A DNA stretch of 64,000 bases from Phoronis australis (GCA_002633005.1 NMRA01000237.1:492092-556091), one strand, 5' to 3'. Positions 25,116-40,100 are shown, counted from the first letter of the stretch. Notes: generated by a model not told the origin, from the sequence alone. Made by a program: numbers and translations.

Positions 25116-28100
25116 AACTACCACTGCTGTGCTCAATAGTAAGCATTCTTACAAATTATGGGCAGGGGCAGGGGCAGCTGCCGCACATCCACACTATATT
25201 ATATTGCCATGCCATAGTTGGTCACTTGGAGTTAATCGTCTGTTAAACCAGGTAGGATCTTGTATAAGTTGTTGCTGGTACGTTCACCTCTCCAGTGGCA
25301 GATTGTGACTGTGAGAACGGAACAACTGGCATTTACAGTACCTGCACCCAGACCCTTCTCACTTGTCTCACCTTGATCCCATTTTGTTCAGGTGGTTCTT
25401 CAATGAAGAGAAACTCGAGCTAGGTGATCGATACAACGCCTACCTGGCCCCCAGTGGCTGCTGTACGCTGGAGTTTGATAATTTCACGGACGCTGATATT
25501 GGGGAGTACAAAGTGTGTGCTGAGAACCAGCCAGGACTGGCCACTCTAGTGATTAGGCTGGATAAAGCTGGTCAGTATACACTCTTTAGTGGTTCGTTAT
25601 TAACTATGGTCTTGAATCAACTGCTCTTGGCAATTTGAATTAGACGACGTAAGGTGGTAAAGTTGTACTTTGCTAAGGTTAGAATTGATTTCTGGGCTTT
25701 GTTATTGCTTAGGACTGAACTCCTGTAAATGTTGCCACACTTTTGGATTGAAAGCAATATTGCTGCCATCCAGTTGGAAATGAAGGGGTGCTTCTGATTG
25801 AAACAAATGAGAAGTGTGAATTGCCAACAAGTTAAGGCAGCTGTCCTTAAATAAACAATAGCAAATTTGTAGTGTTTTAATGTTTATAACTGGAAATATG
25901 GCAATTCTTCACTTATTTAGCACACACATGGTTGGCACATAAAACTCTATTTTGTCATATTTCTCCACAAAAATAAAGGTTAAGAAACATTTAGTCTATT
26001 ACTAGAATAGTTTGTACAGTGCAGATGCCACAAAAACTTTTTGGTAAAGTTATTTGCAGCAAAGTGATCAGTGTACGTGCCCAGAAAATTCATAGGGAGG
26101 GCAATTCTTCAGTTACATAGCACACAATACGACCGACAGGTAAAATTCAGTTATTTTGTCAAATTTCTTCACAAGAGTAAAAATATATAACATTTCAGTG
26201 TGTTACCAGAATTGATTTGCACTGTGTAGATGTCATAAACAGCATTTGGCAAAGTTTCCATCATTTGCAACACGGCAATCGACCTTTGAAAAACAGAAGA
26301 ATTACCATTTTGCTAATTATTTTTGTGCTAACTGTGGAGAATTGCCATGCTGGAAGACTTCTTCTGAACATATACCACTCCTTTTCTAGATCCACCAACA
26401 TTCCTAGAACCACTGAAGAACAAGACGGTACAAACGTACTCTCCGTGCCGACTGGAGTGCCGCATTGATGGTCTGCCCTACCCCAAAGTCACTTGGTTCA
26501 AAGACTGGCACCCGATCACGAGCACGGCGAGAGTGAAGATTGTTCAGGAAGAGCCTGACCTGTGGTCACTCACCTTGGACAATGCGTTGCCTAGGGATGC
26601 CGGACGGTATAGTGTCGCTGTGGAGAACCTGGCTGGCCGAATCACCTGTATGTCGGACGTGCAGGTGGAAGGTAAATAATGGGTCATGTGCTGATAGCTT
26701 TAGAGTCTAGTATGGAATATGTTTCACACTGTTCCTAATTGTGTGCAATAATGGAACTTCCGGTAAAATCTCACCAATTTCATTAAAAAAATTGCCGCAA
26801 TTAGGGTTTTAACATTTTAGAATTTTTGAATGGCCATATTATTGGTGCTTCACATCTTTTTTGGAAAAAAATGAGAGAATAAGATAATACTTGTGGGCCA
26901 CATGTGTCCATTGGTGAGATTTTGCTGTACTTGCCGCGGCAGTTTTATTTACTACAGTGTGAAGTTGATCGTTTTCAATCCTAATCTTAGCCGTTGAATG
27001 TGCGCAACTTCATTTTTCATGTATTGAATTTTGAAATTAAATCTTACAGATAAACTACCTGACCTGAGTGACCTAGATTTCAAACCATTCCTGTTTGAAG
27101 ATCATTATCACACGCTGGAGGAGATTGGAAGGTAAGCTGTTATGTATAGTCATTGCTAGTGTCCTGTAGTTGGGAAATTATTATGTATTGCATGGCGACC
27201 TCTTCTTGAGGAGTGATCACTTAAGCAACAAATTCTCCTAAACACTACGATATTTCTCCACTTATTTTGCACAAAATAAATTGAATATTTTTTCCTTATT
27301 GTTAGACATCATAGTTGATGAGTGTGTGAAAGGAGTAAGCAAGCATCGCCAACCACCCGTGTGTGAGATTGATAAAGTAAAGTGTAAATGTTGCCAGCGT
27401 GATCGAATTAATAGGAATTAAATTACTTTTTCCTGTTCCAATACAATATTTCATCATCATTGGTGAAACACGCTTTGAGCTGTAGCTCTAAAGGCCCTTT
27501 TTCATACAGTTAACTTCACTACTATCCAAGCTTCAATTTTAACTGTGGTTAACCACGAAGTTAAACGTGAGTGGTGACTTCAACTTGGTAGTTATAGTTC
27601 ACAAGGCAGTGCTAGTGAGTTATAGTTCAGCAAAGTCATTATAAGGCAGCGATAGTAGGACCTTTGGTCGCATGGCCTTGCTGTTTTCGACAGTGTTTGC
27701 CATTTGCAACCACTCCCCAGATCGAAACTGTCACATCAGCTTCACAAGGCAGGAAATGGTTGTAACGTTGGGATGATGACAATGTACTAGAAAAATTGAC
27801 TCTTGAACAGGATAACAGCTGATACAAACAAAAGCAGTATATCGCGTGGTGGGAACTCGTTTCGTGTACACTATCCGTTCAGTGATTTTTTAATGTAAAA
27901 AAATCAAGTAAATCCGTTTATAAGTTGAAGCAGAATGCTTACCCTGTTAAAATGATATTAATTAGAATAAAGTGTTAACTGCTGTTGGCAAATGCTGCTG
28001 ATAACTCCTATTGAAGTTAAGCGTTCCCATTGTAGTGAAGTGTCCAGGCTTAGTTGTTAAATCTACCTCTTTACTTCGAAGTTAACTTACGCTGTTAACT

Positions 28101-31100
28101 TCTATTCAAGACCAAAATGTTCCCATTGACCAAAGCTTCTGCAACGCTTAGGCTTTGGAGCCAGTGGGAAAGGGCTTTTAGTGACAGCAAGATCCCATAT
28201 TCCAATTTGGTGAATTAAGCGGCGAATACACAAGGTTCAGACCTATTTATCTCAAGCAGACTTGCTAGAATTAATAACAGTGCTTTGGGTTGATATCTTC
28301 TCTAGTGCAAAACTAACTGTGTAAATTATGTGAGGCAAGAAATTCCCGTCGAGTAGCTTTGTGCAAAATAAGTGAGGGGGCAAAATGTTATTTATCAGAA
28401 TAATTTTGGTTGTGCAAAATGAGGAGAGCGTTGTAAATAAGTGGAAAATTACCGTAACATAAATCCTGTATAAACAGACACGCTTTGGATTGAATGTGAT
28501 TCAACCACCTGCCATTCACTTTTTTACCTTTGTGGTTGTGTTAATACTGATTGATAAAATTCTTAAAATGGAAGGCATTATTTCTACTTCTATTTTATTT
28601 TGTTGTTGTTTTTCTTTAGGGGGTCATGTGGCACCACAAGAAGATGTATTGAAAAAGCGACGGGTCACGAATTTGCTGCCAAGTTTGAACGCGTTCATAA
28701 TGAGCAAGAACGTAATGATGTCATCAATGAACTAGAGGCCATGAAGCCGCTAGATCATCCCAACCTGCTCCGTCTACACGACGCGTACGAGGCTGGTCAT
28801 CGCTTAACCATTGTCACCGAACTGTATCCTGTCCACTACAGTTTTCATGACCTTGTGTGATCTCCATAACCATCTATGACCTCCATGACCTTGTATGACC
28901 TTCATGGCCTTGTGGGGCCTCCTGCATGGTGCTACTGACTGCATGTGAGGTAGAGTGTAGTTACAAGAGTAGTGGAACACTGTCATTGGCTGCTCTGTTA
29001 CACTGGATGGACAGGTCTCTGTTCCTTTGCATGGTGGAAGACTGACGTCAATAATTGTAAATATTGATGTATGCCTGTTTCACCTCATTAGGCCATACAT
29101 TCTCAATTCCCAGTGGCCAAGGTAAATGCATTTGGCAGGTTGAGATTTCAATAACTGCACCGAGTCCACAGTCGACCTGGAGTTCTGTGACCAGCTCCAT
29201 TTTGCTTGGGGATTAGGCAAGGGAGATGACTATCAGTGATAGCATCCTGCTGTTGGCAACACAACTAAACAACAGGGCACTTATATGACTGTAGGCTGTG
29301 AATATATTTTGAATAGAGCGGAAGGCATTGCCATAATGTATTTGGGTACATCATCACTTGAGAGAAATTCGTCACGAGGAATATATTTTAATTTATGTGC
29401 CATTGGAAATCCCTGGAAGCTGGCTGTGTAATTGGAGAGTTCAGTTCTTGTTACATGTGGAGGAAGTTATCTTAGTAGTAGCCTGAAATGACAAGACATT
29501 GCATGTTTTTAACTGAGTTAAGTGTTTCTAGGATAGTAGGATATCAATTACAGGTCGGGACGCATGAGCAGAAAATCAACTTCTGTGTAGCTGTGAACTG
29601 TTATGATGGCTTGGCTTTGCATTTGCAACATGGAAATCACTGTAACAGTACGGAATAGTTTTGGTACATATTAACGAGTGTTTTTTGGGATTCACACCCT
29701 CCCAAGGTATACATTTGCAAAATATGTGTGTCTATGATTTTTGTACTTCAAGTCATGTGATTTAGAGATCAAAACTCACTGTTAATCACCCCTACTTTTC
29801 TGAAGAGTTCCGACCTAGAAATCCCCAGACAGTATCTCTTGAAGATTCCAAACAACACAGCGAATTTTATTGGATTGTGAGCTCAAATGCTGTTAAAGGA
29901 AATATACTCAGACAGTCGCACTGAGGGTAAGGATAAATTCAGTCTTCAAATTAGTTGCTTTTCTTTAACAGTTGTTGAGGAGCACAGTAGAACTGAGTAG
30001 GAGGTACTCTAGTACCCCCACTGGCATTTTCCTGTTGCTCTATGGTGACCCTGCAGCAGCATGACTAGTTAGTAGATATCCTGCCAGTTGGTCAAATTTC
30101 TGTTTTTAGTATTAGCATATCAGTTGTGTGTGTGTGTGTGTGTTGACATAACTGCATTATTTACATGTTGGCTGGAATGTGAGTTGAATCCTGATAATAA
30201 AATTGAATATTAACCGCATTACTGACTCCTCATTTATTGCATGATGGAAATGAAAGTTTGATATGTTAAAAGATTGCCCTTGTTAAAGTCACAGCGCCAT
30301 CTATGATCTGTCAATCCTGTTTTGTCGGCTGGATTATATTTTAGAGCTTTAGCATCTACAAAATAACCCTCCTGATGTTACAGAGTTGAGCTGTAAGATT
30401 GCTAGCAGCAAACTTAGAAGTTGCCAATTTTGACTTGACCACTTTAACGGGTTAAAGTCATCGTTCATTGCCCGGCCAAGGACTGGGGACCTCCAGTTCT
30501 CCGAGTCAGTATACCAAAAAAACTGACTGGAGTTCTTACCGGAACTTGAACACAGCTGGGCATTTCGGCATGTGCTATTTAAATTTAGGAATATGCCCAA
30601 GCGGTGACGTCCATAAACTGTTGTGACCGTTTCGTGTAACCGACTACTAAATAATTGTAGACCTAATTGTGGAAAAATACGGCAGTCAATGATTGTGTGA
30701 CCCGCCTCTCAGCATGATCGAAAAAACTGACCTGAAATGACGAATTCACAAAAAGTGTTTTCAAGTAGAAGTTGACAATACGCGGGTACTTGTGTACTCT
30801 TCAAGATCTACGACATACGTGTTCACTTTGTTATGTCGGTAAAAGGGCAGGCATGACGTACTTTATAAAATAGTGTATGTCTTGGCCGCGTCCATGGTTG
30901 TAAATGACAATGCCCTCATGAAAACCGAATGTGCTTAGCATATTTCCATATGTACTGACATCATTATGCTGGCATAAAGTACACATGGTATCAATTTTCA
31001 TAAAAATATAATGGTGACCTCGCTTCGTATACAATGCATAGCCTATGAATTTCTACCATGATATAATGGATTGGCCTCAGTATTTTTACATTAAGTGTTA

Positions 31101-34100
31101 GAAGTATGACATCAAAACCAGGAAAACAAAAATACGGGTTGTGATGATGATGATGATGTCAGCTTGGCCGCCATCGATTTGCGCCAAGCGAATCATTACG
31201 CTTTCACAGACAGTTCATTTATTAATTATTTTTAAACGCGCATCCTGTATTGTCATGCATGATACGCATCGATCTTTTTGACTTAACACACCGTGAACAG
31301 CCTGCGCGGGCCTGAATTGATTGACGTGGCTTTAAACGGCGATCACTGGACCGAGAACGAAGTCGCATTTTACCTCAAACAACTGGCTGAAGCTATCCAA
31401 CACCTGCACAACCATGGCGTATTACACCTGGATATCAAGGTAAGATAAGTAAGACGGGCTTATATCGCTCATTATCACCTAGTACATCACTATAAGGTCT
31501 GAAAGGGCACACGAGTTGATTCTTTACTGACTTGGGTGGCAAAAGGTCACTTGTACCCGCTTGAGTTTGGACCACGTCCTCACAAAACGAACAAACTTAC
31601 CTGTATCTTAGCAAAATTACCTGCATTTTTGTCCGCACTCTCTGGGGATACTCGCACGGGTTTGATAGCATTCTCAATGAACCAGGTATTACACATTGGC
31701 AATGAAGAGACCATGAAGGGTCATTAAAAATATATTTAAGTCGCGGCACGCACTGATCGTGTCTGCTCAGTGAAATGACAGACTGTTCTTGGTCCAATGT
31801 TCTGTGGTGATAGAACGAACTATCGTAGAGTTCCAATTCATGTACGACACCAAGAGATTTGATAATTTTAGTAAAATTGGGAGTTGATTTTAATGTTTCT
31901 AACCGCTTGGGACAGGGCCCAACAAGCTTGGCTTGTCACAACGTGTCATTCCATAGTCTCAAAGAGTCACGAGTCCCTACTTCTTTGCAAACCCAGGAAT
32001 CACCTTTCATCTTAATATAGGGCAAGTTGAGACCATTTTTTTTATCGGTAAAATTAGTCTGAATAAAAAGTTTCACTAGGGACGGGACGCAAAGATTGTC
32101 GTAACGTGGCAGCGGACCAATACAGAAACCATTGCAACCAAAGCTTAGACCATAGGCCTATTTCCAGGGCTGGCTTGCAAAAGATTTCACTATTCCAGCT
32201 GATGTCTATAATTAATGCAACTGCGTTTTAATATTGATTTCGTTTGGTTCTAAACCGTCACAGTTATAACAGTGTCACTGATTTTGAAGTGACAAGGACA
32301 AATTATTGGTTCACACTAGGTAGATTTTATTTCGAAAGTGTCAGCGCCTCAATGATTTATCTATCGTGATGGCGTTTAATTATCCCGAAAGATTAATGAT
32401 AGGTAGGTCTCGAGGTGGGAATTCTCGTTTCGAAGAGATTTATGAGTTAGTTCCATGTATTATCAATCTTAACTGCCTTTGAAAGCAGACAAGAGGTGGA
32501 TGTTTTTTTTTGTTATTGAGGCCCGCAAGTTTGATGGTGGTTTTGACAATGGCGTAGCCAAAGCCAATATTAAACTGAAAAGGGACTAGGGCAGGAAATT
32601 GGATAACATTAGGATCACGAGTTGTCGTGGGAGTTCACGCATGCTCTGAATGATCGCCATCACTCTGCAAGAGACATGATCTTCGCGGGTGCACCCGGTC
32701 ATCCAAATCTTACTCGATTATTTTGCGCAAAAGATTCTCCAGCGCCATGTTACGTATGTTGTTAATTCGTTGTGCTACACTTTCATAATACTGAAATAAA
32801 CTGAGTAAAATATAAGCCCTACCCACGGGTAGGCATAAATATAAACACAGTGGCATCACTGATTAATTAATGCTATTATGCCGGAAATTAAGTACAAAGT
32901 GGACGTCCGTTTACCGAATTGCTTTCAAGGTGTACACGGCACCGTTCACCTAGTACATGTACAAAATGGTATAGGTGAATGCTAACACTAAACCTATCAA
33001 CTTAATCGTCAAATTGAAGCGTCGGATAAACTTCAAGCACGATTTCATTGTAAATAGTATACTTAAAACTCTTCAGTAAATATACTCAGCTCAGCAGACG
33101 ATAACGGGCCAGAGCAAATAAGCTGGGAATAGTGATCTGAGGTAAGATGTGTTAGGATTTTGGAGATTCAAAGATGCAGGGTCTAAATTTTCGCATAGCC
33201 AAGTACTGAAGCAAAGTATTAGCAGATAGGTTGGGGTCAAGGACGATGGCACATGCGTCGGGGGCTTCACTTTTAAAGCGACAAGATCGGCGACGATGAA
33301 GTATGAATAGGATGCATAAGACGGAACGAATTATACGAATTTACACCAGACAACAGCCTCAACAGTTGTTCCGGGCTCTTTCATAAGAAATAGGTTGATT
33401 CCCTTGTGCTTTCATTTTCGTAAAAATTTGAGAGGCCAGTGGCCCTCGACGTCCCTGTTAAATCACATGACCTACAGGCACCGACTTCCTTTAAAGAAGT
33501 ATTTGGATGTTCATAACTATGCTAATATGCAGGAACTTAACGACGATGCTATTTGAACATCATCTACGCTAAAGCAAGTTCAGTATGTTGTGTTCATTGA
33601 CAACTTCATTTTCAAGCCGACTTTGCCCGGCTTGAAATTCGTGGTGTAGCAGAATATGGTATTCTGGCAATACCCACCCCCAAAAATACATGGGTTAGCA
33701 GTTATAGTTATCAGGTTTTCAAAGCGGATTTGTCCAATTTGGATGTTAGACTCGGAGAGGAATTCAATCGATTAAGTAGTCAAACGCGGAAAACCGTCAT
33801 TACAATCTTTTCTAAAACAATATTAGGTTTACCTAAAATCGATCCAACCTAGCATTAATGTGAATGGAAATGTTCAGCTTATCTCACACGACACTCCAGG
33901 GCTCGATTTCTTTTCCCAAATACTTATTATTGTGAGGTTATTTCTCCAATGTGCTTCGGCTCTTCACTAGCCACACTAAAATATGACTTCGATAAGCTCA
34001 ACCACTATCTTGTATATGGACATCACAACATGGGCGGCGCACCATAAGGGGCTGGGGTACTATAGACCCACCGCATTTTTCAGTGCTACGCCGCCAATGG

Positions 34101-37100
34101 TCTGTGGGCGCTGCACCACAGGGGGGGCTATACCCCCATTTTTTTCAGTGCTGCGCCGCCCATGCACAACGCTACACAAATTACATGTGTTTGGTCCATG
34201 TTGCCTGATATAAATAATGTTCTACACACATAGCCATGTTGATCAATTCTCGCGAACTTTTCAATTTTCCAAATCAATAGTAGATCATTTCCGGAAATCT
34301 CTCTACTCGCGGCCATGTTTTTTTCACTTGAGGACTCCTAAAGGACTTTTGGAGAAGTGCGAGCTGTATTATTAACTATTTCATACGATGATCGGCTATT
34401 CAGTACTCAAATGCTTCAATTGACTCGTGGTGTGCATCGCTTGAAAAACTTGATATCGAGTAGCGAATTTCTCACATAAGCCGGCGACTATTTGTAATAG
34501 CAAATGAGTGCAAGCACGTTATGAAACTAATCTATGAACTGAGTAAGGAGGAAATTCTCGGCTTATTTGTGTGTACTCGCATTTGTTGCTTGTTCGATGC
34601 GGACGTTCTCGTAGTCGTCCGAATGGTAAGTGAGGACATATTTATGTGTCACCATCTTCACCTTCATACACACAGAAGCTGATTAATCCTCTGAGTCGTC
34701 TCGGCCGCCCGACCCATGTATTGGACATCAATCAATTTACTCCCACAGCTTACAACCCCACCCCGTACGCGTTTTGCCAATGACTGTAAACCTCTTCATC
34801 AAACCTCAAATATTCAAAAATGTTAAGACATTAACTAATTTCACCTTTTTACGCGTTATGTGGGTCGTTAATTTACTGACTGACAGGGACGTTTTTAAAC
34901 TGTTTCTTAGTGCCGCTTTCCACGATGTTTACGAAGTCCCTTAAAAAACTACCAGGGTCATTTTCACCGTTAAAAATTACCCAAAAGCCAAAATTTACTG
35001 CTACATCAGCATATAGTGCAACAAATTTCTTTTTAATGGTGGGTCGTGATGTGTACGGGAGTAAGTAATACTCTTGTTGTGATTTCCAGTAATCCATCTG
35101 ACATTTATTTACCATTAGTTGAAATTTCTTTAGAATATATACTGATAAGAAGCTTAACAACGTAACCACTGACACGTGATTGGGTTTTTATTTTCTTTCT
35201 CCAAGTGTAGCAAAATTCGTTTAACTTATTAACGCGGATACGTTATCTGCCTATATTCTAATTTTCCAAACTACATGAGCAATCTGTTGCTATATCAGAC
35301 AGCTGTGTGGATCTTCATGACAGCTGCTATAACTCTCAATGTCAAGTTGTAAGCTAAGCTTATCAGCACCGAACCAATATCTTTTTAATACCTTTCAATA
35401 GCCTCTATATAAGTTAATTTTTGATCTCCTATTCAGGCTGAATTGTTCTCTCAAATTCTTAAAAATAGTGGCACAAAATTTCTGTTCGTGATATCGTAAA
35501 TGCAGTGTATTTGTCGTATTCGTATGCTTCATATTTCAGGCCGTGATTCATAACAAGTGCTTATTACGTTTCGTTAATTTCTCTTACCTTCTGCATTCCG
35601 TTCCTCAAGTAAGGCTTCGTTCAAAGTTTTCTCCGTCTACTGATGCATTGCATAGTATTTCTCAAGAACAAATCCTCTCAGCAAATCTCTTGATATAAAA
35701 GATTCCGCTACAATAATCTGATTATAATGTAATTTTTTCAGCCGGAAAATTTATATCTGGCGCGACCAGGGTCTACAGTACTCAAGCTCATAGACTTTGG
35801 CAACGCCAGGAAGTTCACCAGCAAGGAACCAGCGAGCGTGACATATGGTGATCCCGAGTTTGTAGCGCCAGAAGTAATCCACGATCAAAAAGCAACACCA
35901 GCGGCTGATCTGTGGAGCTTTGGAGTTGTCACCCATGTCTTGTAAGTGCAAACTTTAGATGATAAAAGACAATGAAACGTTTAACATAATCCAGTATTGA
36001 TTACCGAATGTGTAGCGTCTTGGAACCTCAATCCTTTTCAAGGAATCCAGGATTGGAAAGTTGACGGATAACAATAAAAGTAGTGTTAGTGTACAAACGT
36101 GCGTATAGAGTTACAACATAATAAGCGACCGAATTACACCCGTGCTGGGTCTCCTGTTTCAACTTGTTGCGCTCACAACTCGTTGTTTTACAAAGCGTCA
36201 GAGGCACGAAAGAAAACAAAGATTGCGGCACCTGCATGACATTGTGTACGGCATCTGTGATATTTAATTATGTCATTCAGTCTTGTTAAGCTGAAGTGAA
36301 AAATTAACTGCTTAAGTGTCATGTACTTGAAACGAAAGAATCTGGTTGGCCGGACAACTAATTCATACTTTTTCACACAGCGTACGCGCCTTTCCTCAAC
36401 TTCGCTGCAGATAGAAACGGGGGCGAATATTGCTCTTGTTCACCCGTGATTTCAATGCAAAAGATAGCGAAAAGAACCAGGCTTAGTGGAAGTCTCGGCT
36501 ATTCAACCCTTGACTGTTGAGTAATGCGGTCCTCAGAATACACAAAAGAAAAGCAAACACTTGCGAAATGTGACTGGCGTTCACCTAGGTGGAGATTATA
36601 TAGCTATATATTTACCCGTCCTTGCAGGTTGACTGGTCTCTCGCCATTCGTCGGGTCGAGCGACTCAGAGACGGCACAGAACGTTTTGAGGAGAAACTTC
36701 AACAAGCAGCATTTGGAAGGACTTTCTGAAGACGCCAGAGACTTTGTGAGCGGCCTTCTACGACTCAATCCCAGGTAAAATCGATTTTTCGCCTTTACTG
36801 CAGTATCAACGAAATAAGGGGATTTCAAAAGTCTTTTGCTGGGTTGTACAGCACCACGAGAGTTGAATGGGCGATACCCTTTAGTATCCTTAGCCTTAAA
36901 AACTAACAAACCAGTTATACATACTGTTACGTAAATTCATACTCCGTCTATCAATTAATATTACCCAATAGGCCGAAATCAACTTCAAAGACGTCAACAA
37001 GGGTCATGGTTTAATGTCCGAAGGTAGCGACCAGACTCGACTGGATAAGAGATCACCAATAGTCGGTGTTGTACATGTACTGATGAAAATTGTTACAGTA

Positions 37101-40100
37101 GAAGAATCGCCTGGTATAAAGTGCCCGCATCATTTGACTAAGAACCAGTTTTCACCAATGAATAACGGGTATCAACTGGTTCTCAAAATTCGGGCACGCT
37201 ACATCAGATTTTTGCCCGGACATAATACCAACCTATGTAAAATTCGCTATTTAGCTGTGAGACACGCATTCTACGCCGCGAAAGTCCGGTTGTCCTACGG
37301 CAGAGCAAAATTTAATTCATTTCACCCTGTTTCAGGAGCTGGTCAAAAATACAAACTTATGCCTTTTGCACTCATAAAATCGGCCTCCCCTAGTTATCCT
37401 GATAAAATGATATTTCTGTTGTCGACAACACCATCAAGACCTTCAACGATTCAATAAAGAGCTTAACCCTACTGAAAATTTGCGAAGCGGTGTATGTACC
37501 CATTACCTGTGGCTTTAGTTGCTGTCTCATTTAGAGGCAGCAATTCAAGATCATATGAGCGTGGTAATATTTTTTAACAACAAACCGCTTCGACCCAGAA
37601 TTCAACATTGACAGCTAAACAGCGGCGAATGACCTTTGATAATTATGTTGCGCTGTGTTAGTAATAACGCCATGTTGTAATCTCACTTTATTGCAACAAG
37701 TGTCAGGTTGCAGACGAGGCTTAGTTACATAGCACACAGTGAAGTATTGTTATTCTTGTGTTGAACGTGTGAAAAGAGGTCTTTGGCTGAAACCTGAATG
37801 CTGTTAATTTTGCTTTGTAATTAACAACGCTAGGCTTCTCAGTAACCTGAATTTGGAAGGACTTTGGAATCGCACTTTCAAGGGCGGGAATCAACAATTG
37901 GCCTGACTTCAAAACCAATTACCCGGTCTTCCAAACCGGTCAGATAGACTGCAAAAAATGGCCGGTGATCAAACGTGTTGTCTGGACTTCAAAACCCGAT
38001 GGCCTCACCTAAAAAAACTAGTTGGCTGGACCCAAAACACAATGGCCTGGGATTTGTTCGTCCATTGTGTTTAAGCACCAGCCAACAGGTTTTCGGTCCG
38101 CCCAACCATTTTTTAAGTGCGTCCATCTGGTTTTGACGTAGGCCTATACCGGACATCGCGTTTTGGAGGTCCGACCACCAAGTTAGAACACCGGCCATTG
38201 GGTTTTGCAGTCCAGCCAGCTGATTTTGAAGTCCGGGCAAGTGGTATTGAAGTGCGACCAATTGCTGATTCCCCTTGTCTTTGCTTATGAAGTTCTTTTG
38301 TTAGAACAAGTGTATGGAATTAGTAGAGTTCCGCATTCGGTATGATAAATCCATAGTGAGTTTATTCAAGCATGTGGGTCACGTCAGTTTTGCGAATATT
38401 TTATGACTTTTGAGGGGGTGGTATCATTTCGTTGACGTTTGCCTGTGATACAGAATGATAGCGAATTTTATTGTTTGTCCGAGGTGAAACAAACCAGGTA
38501 ACTGCTTTATGAAACTCGTCATATTTTTTGTGTACAACCATATTTTGGAAACTGCGTGCGCTGTGTCACAGCATGATCTCTAGATTTGAAGACGCCCAAT
38601 TCCTCGCGCCAAAATCTAATAAACGAGAGACAAAGGACAAGGAGGGACGACTGAAACAGACGAAAATAATATACTTTAAAAATTGACCTGGGCCTCGGGT
38701 CTAATGTTTGTACTCGAAATTATTTTTGACATATCCCGTTCTATTTTTGTGCGAATTCAAAATAATCTTTGTCTTTCATCCATTGCTATTCTCGTTATAG
38801 TTAACGTGGGCGATCATAAAAACGTATCATGATTTTGATCTGGGTGCAAAAATAACCTAAAGCTGCATGTCTTTGTATTCTAAACCAGTATCAGCGAAAA
38901 CGTTTAATCGGTGTCCCCGAAAAAAATGGGATACGCGATTATTGCTAGAAAATTCAAGGACACACAGCTTTGGAGATTTTTTGTACTTCAACCAAAGATC
39001 ACGATTCATTTCGATGTAAAAAATGCGAAAATTCGGTTTAACTCGAATTTTATCCGTCTTATTCGCCAAACCTGGATCAAGCAACATGAAAATGACAAAT
39101 CCTTGTAATGCGATAGTCATGTGTTCTACAAGAATTAGTCATGTGATTTGTACAGGGCTTATTGTCTTGGAATGTAATCGTCACATGGCTTAATTCCAAC
39201 GACCAATCGAGTGAGTTGTGCATAGTATATTGATCTTAGAATATACATTATGATCAGATTCGGAAGACTTGTCATTTTAATAAAATGATGTATTTCATGA
39301 CGACAGGTCCACCAAGATCAATAAACTTCGTACAACTGTGAAACACATCCGACTATAGAATTCTTGGAATATACGCGATGATCACACTTAACGCAGGTGT
39401 CATTTCATCGCCTGATTAAAATTAGACTTCTTGGACACACCACGAAACCACGAAAGTACCATCAAATAGGAAATAGTCACTTACAAAAGTCCCGGATTTT
39501 AAGAGATACTTTGATACCCGTTATTCAGAAGAGAAAATTGCTTCTAGAAATACGGGACTCCTGTTGGTGACTGTTACTATGACATGCATTACGTTAACCG
39601 AACATAACTGAAGTTGACTTGGGAGCTACAGTGAGTAGTATAGGCCTGATTTCACTTCCAGCCAGTTCTCTGTACACGTTGTGTGATCGTACCTATTGGT
39701 ACTAAAAGGATTGCATATTAAATTTCAGCGAGAGATCCACCATTGAATATTGCCTGGACCACCCTTGGTTGAAATTGGCAGAAAGCCACGAGCACGGAGA
39801 ACCACTTTCTCTTGCAAGACTGCGAGACTACACAACACGGAGGAAATTTGAGGTGAGCCAAGTTGAAGACTTCGGAGCCCGTCTTTGTTACTTAACAGAC
39901 GACTCCAAAAGATTTCTTTTTTCAAATTTTTGGTCACTCATTATAGAATTCATTTCTTTTCGACAATGCAATGCTTCGGTTGTTTCGAAGCTCAGAATTG
40001 ACGTTCAAATTCAGTAAGAAACTGGGCAGGCGACTCTAGTAGCTGCAATGGCCTTATTCGAACATCGGTGCTTTTGTTACCGAAAATCGCCGAAATACGG

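Noticed and set aside
30430-30612. Identification as U11/U12/U4atac/U6atac, RNase MRP or telomerase RNA
   Set aside because: No diagnostic motifs matched; kept only as an unassigned structured region.
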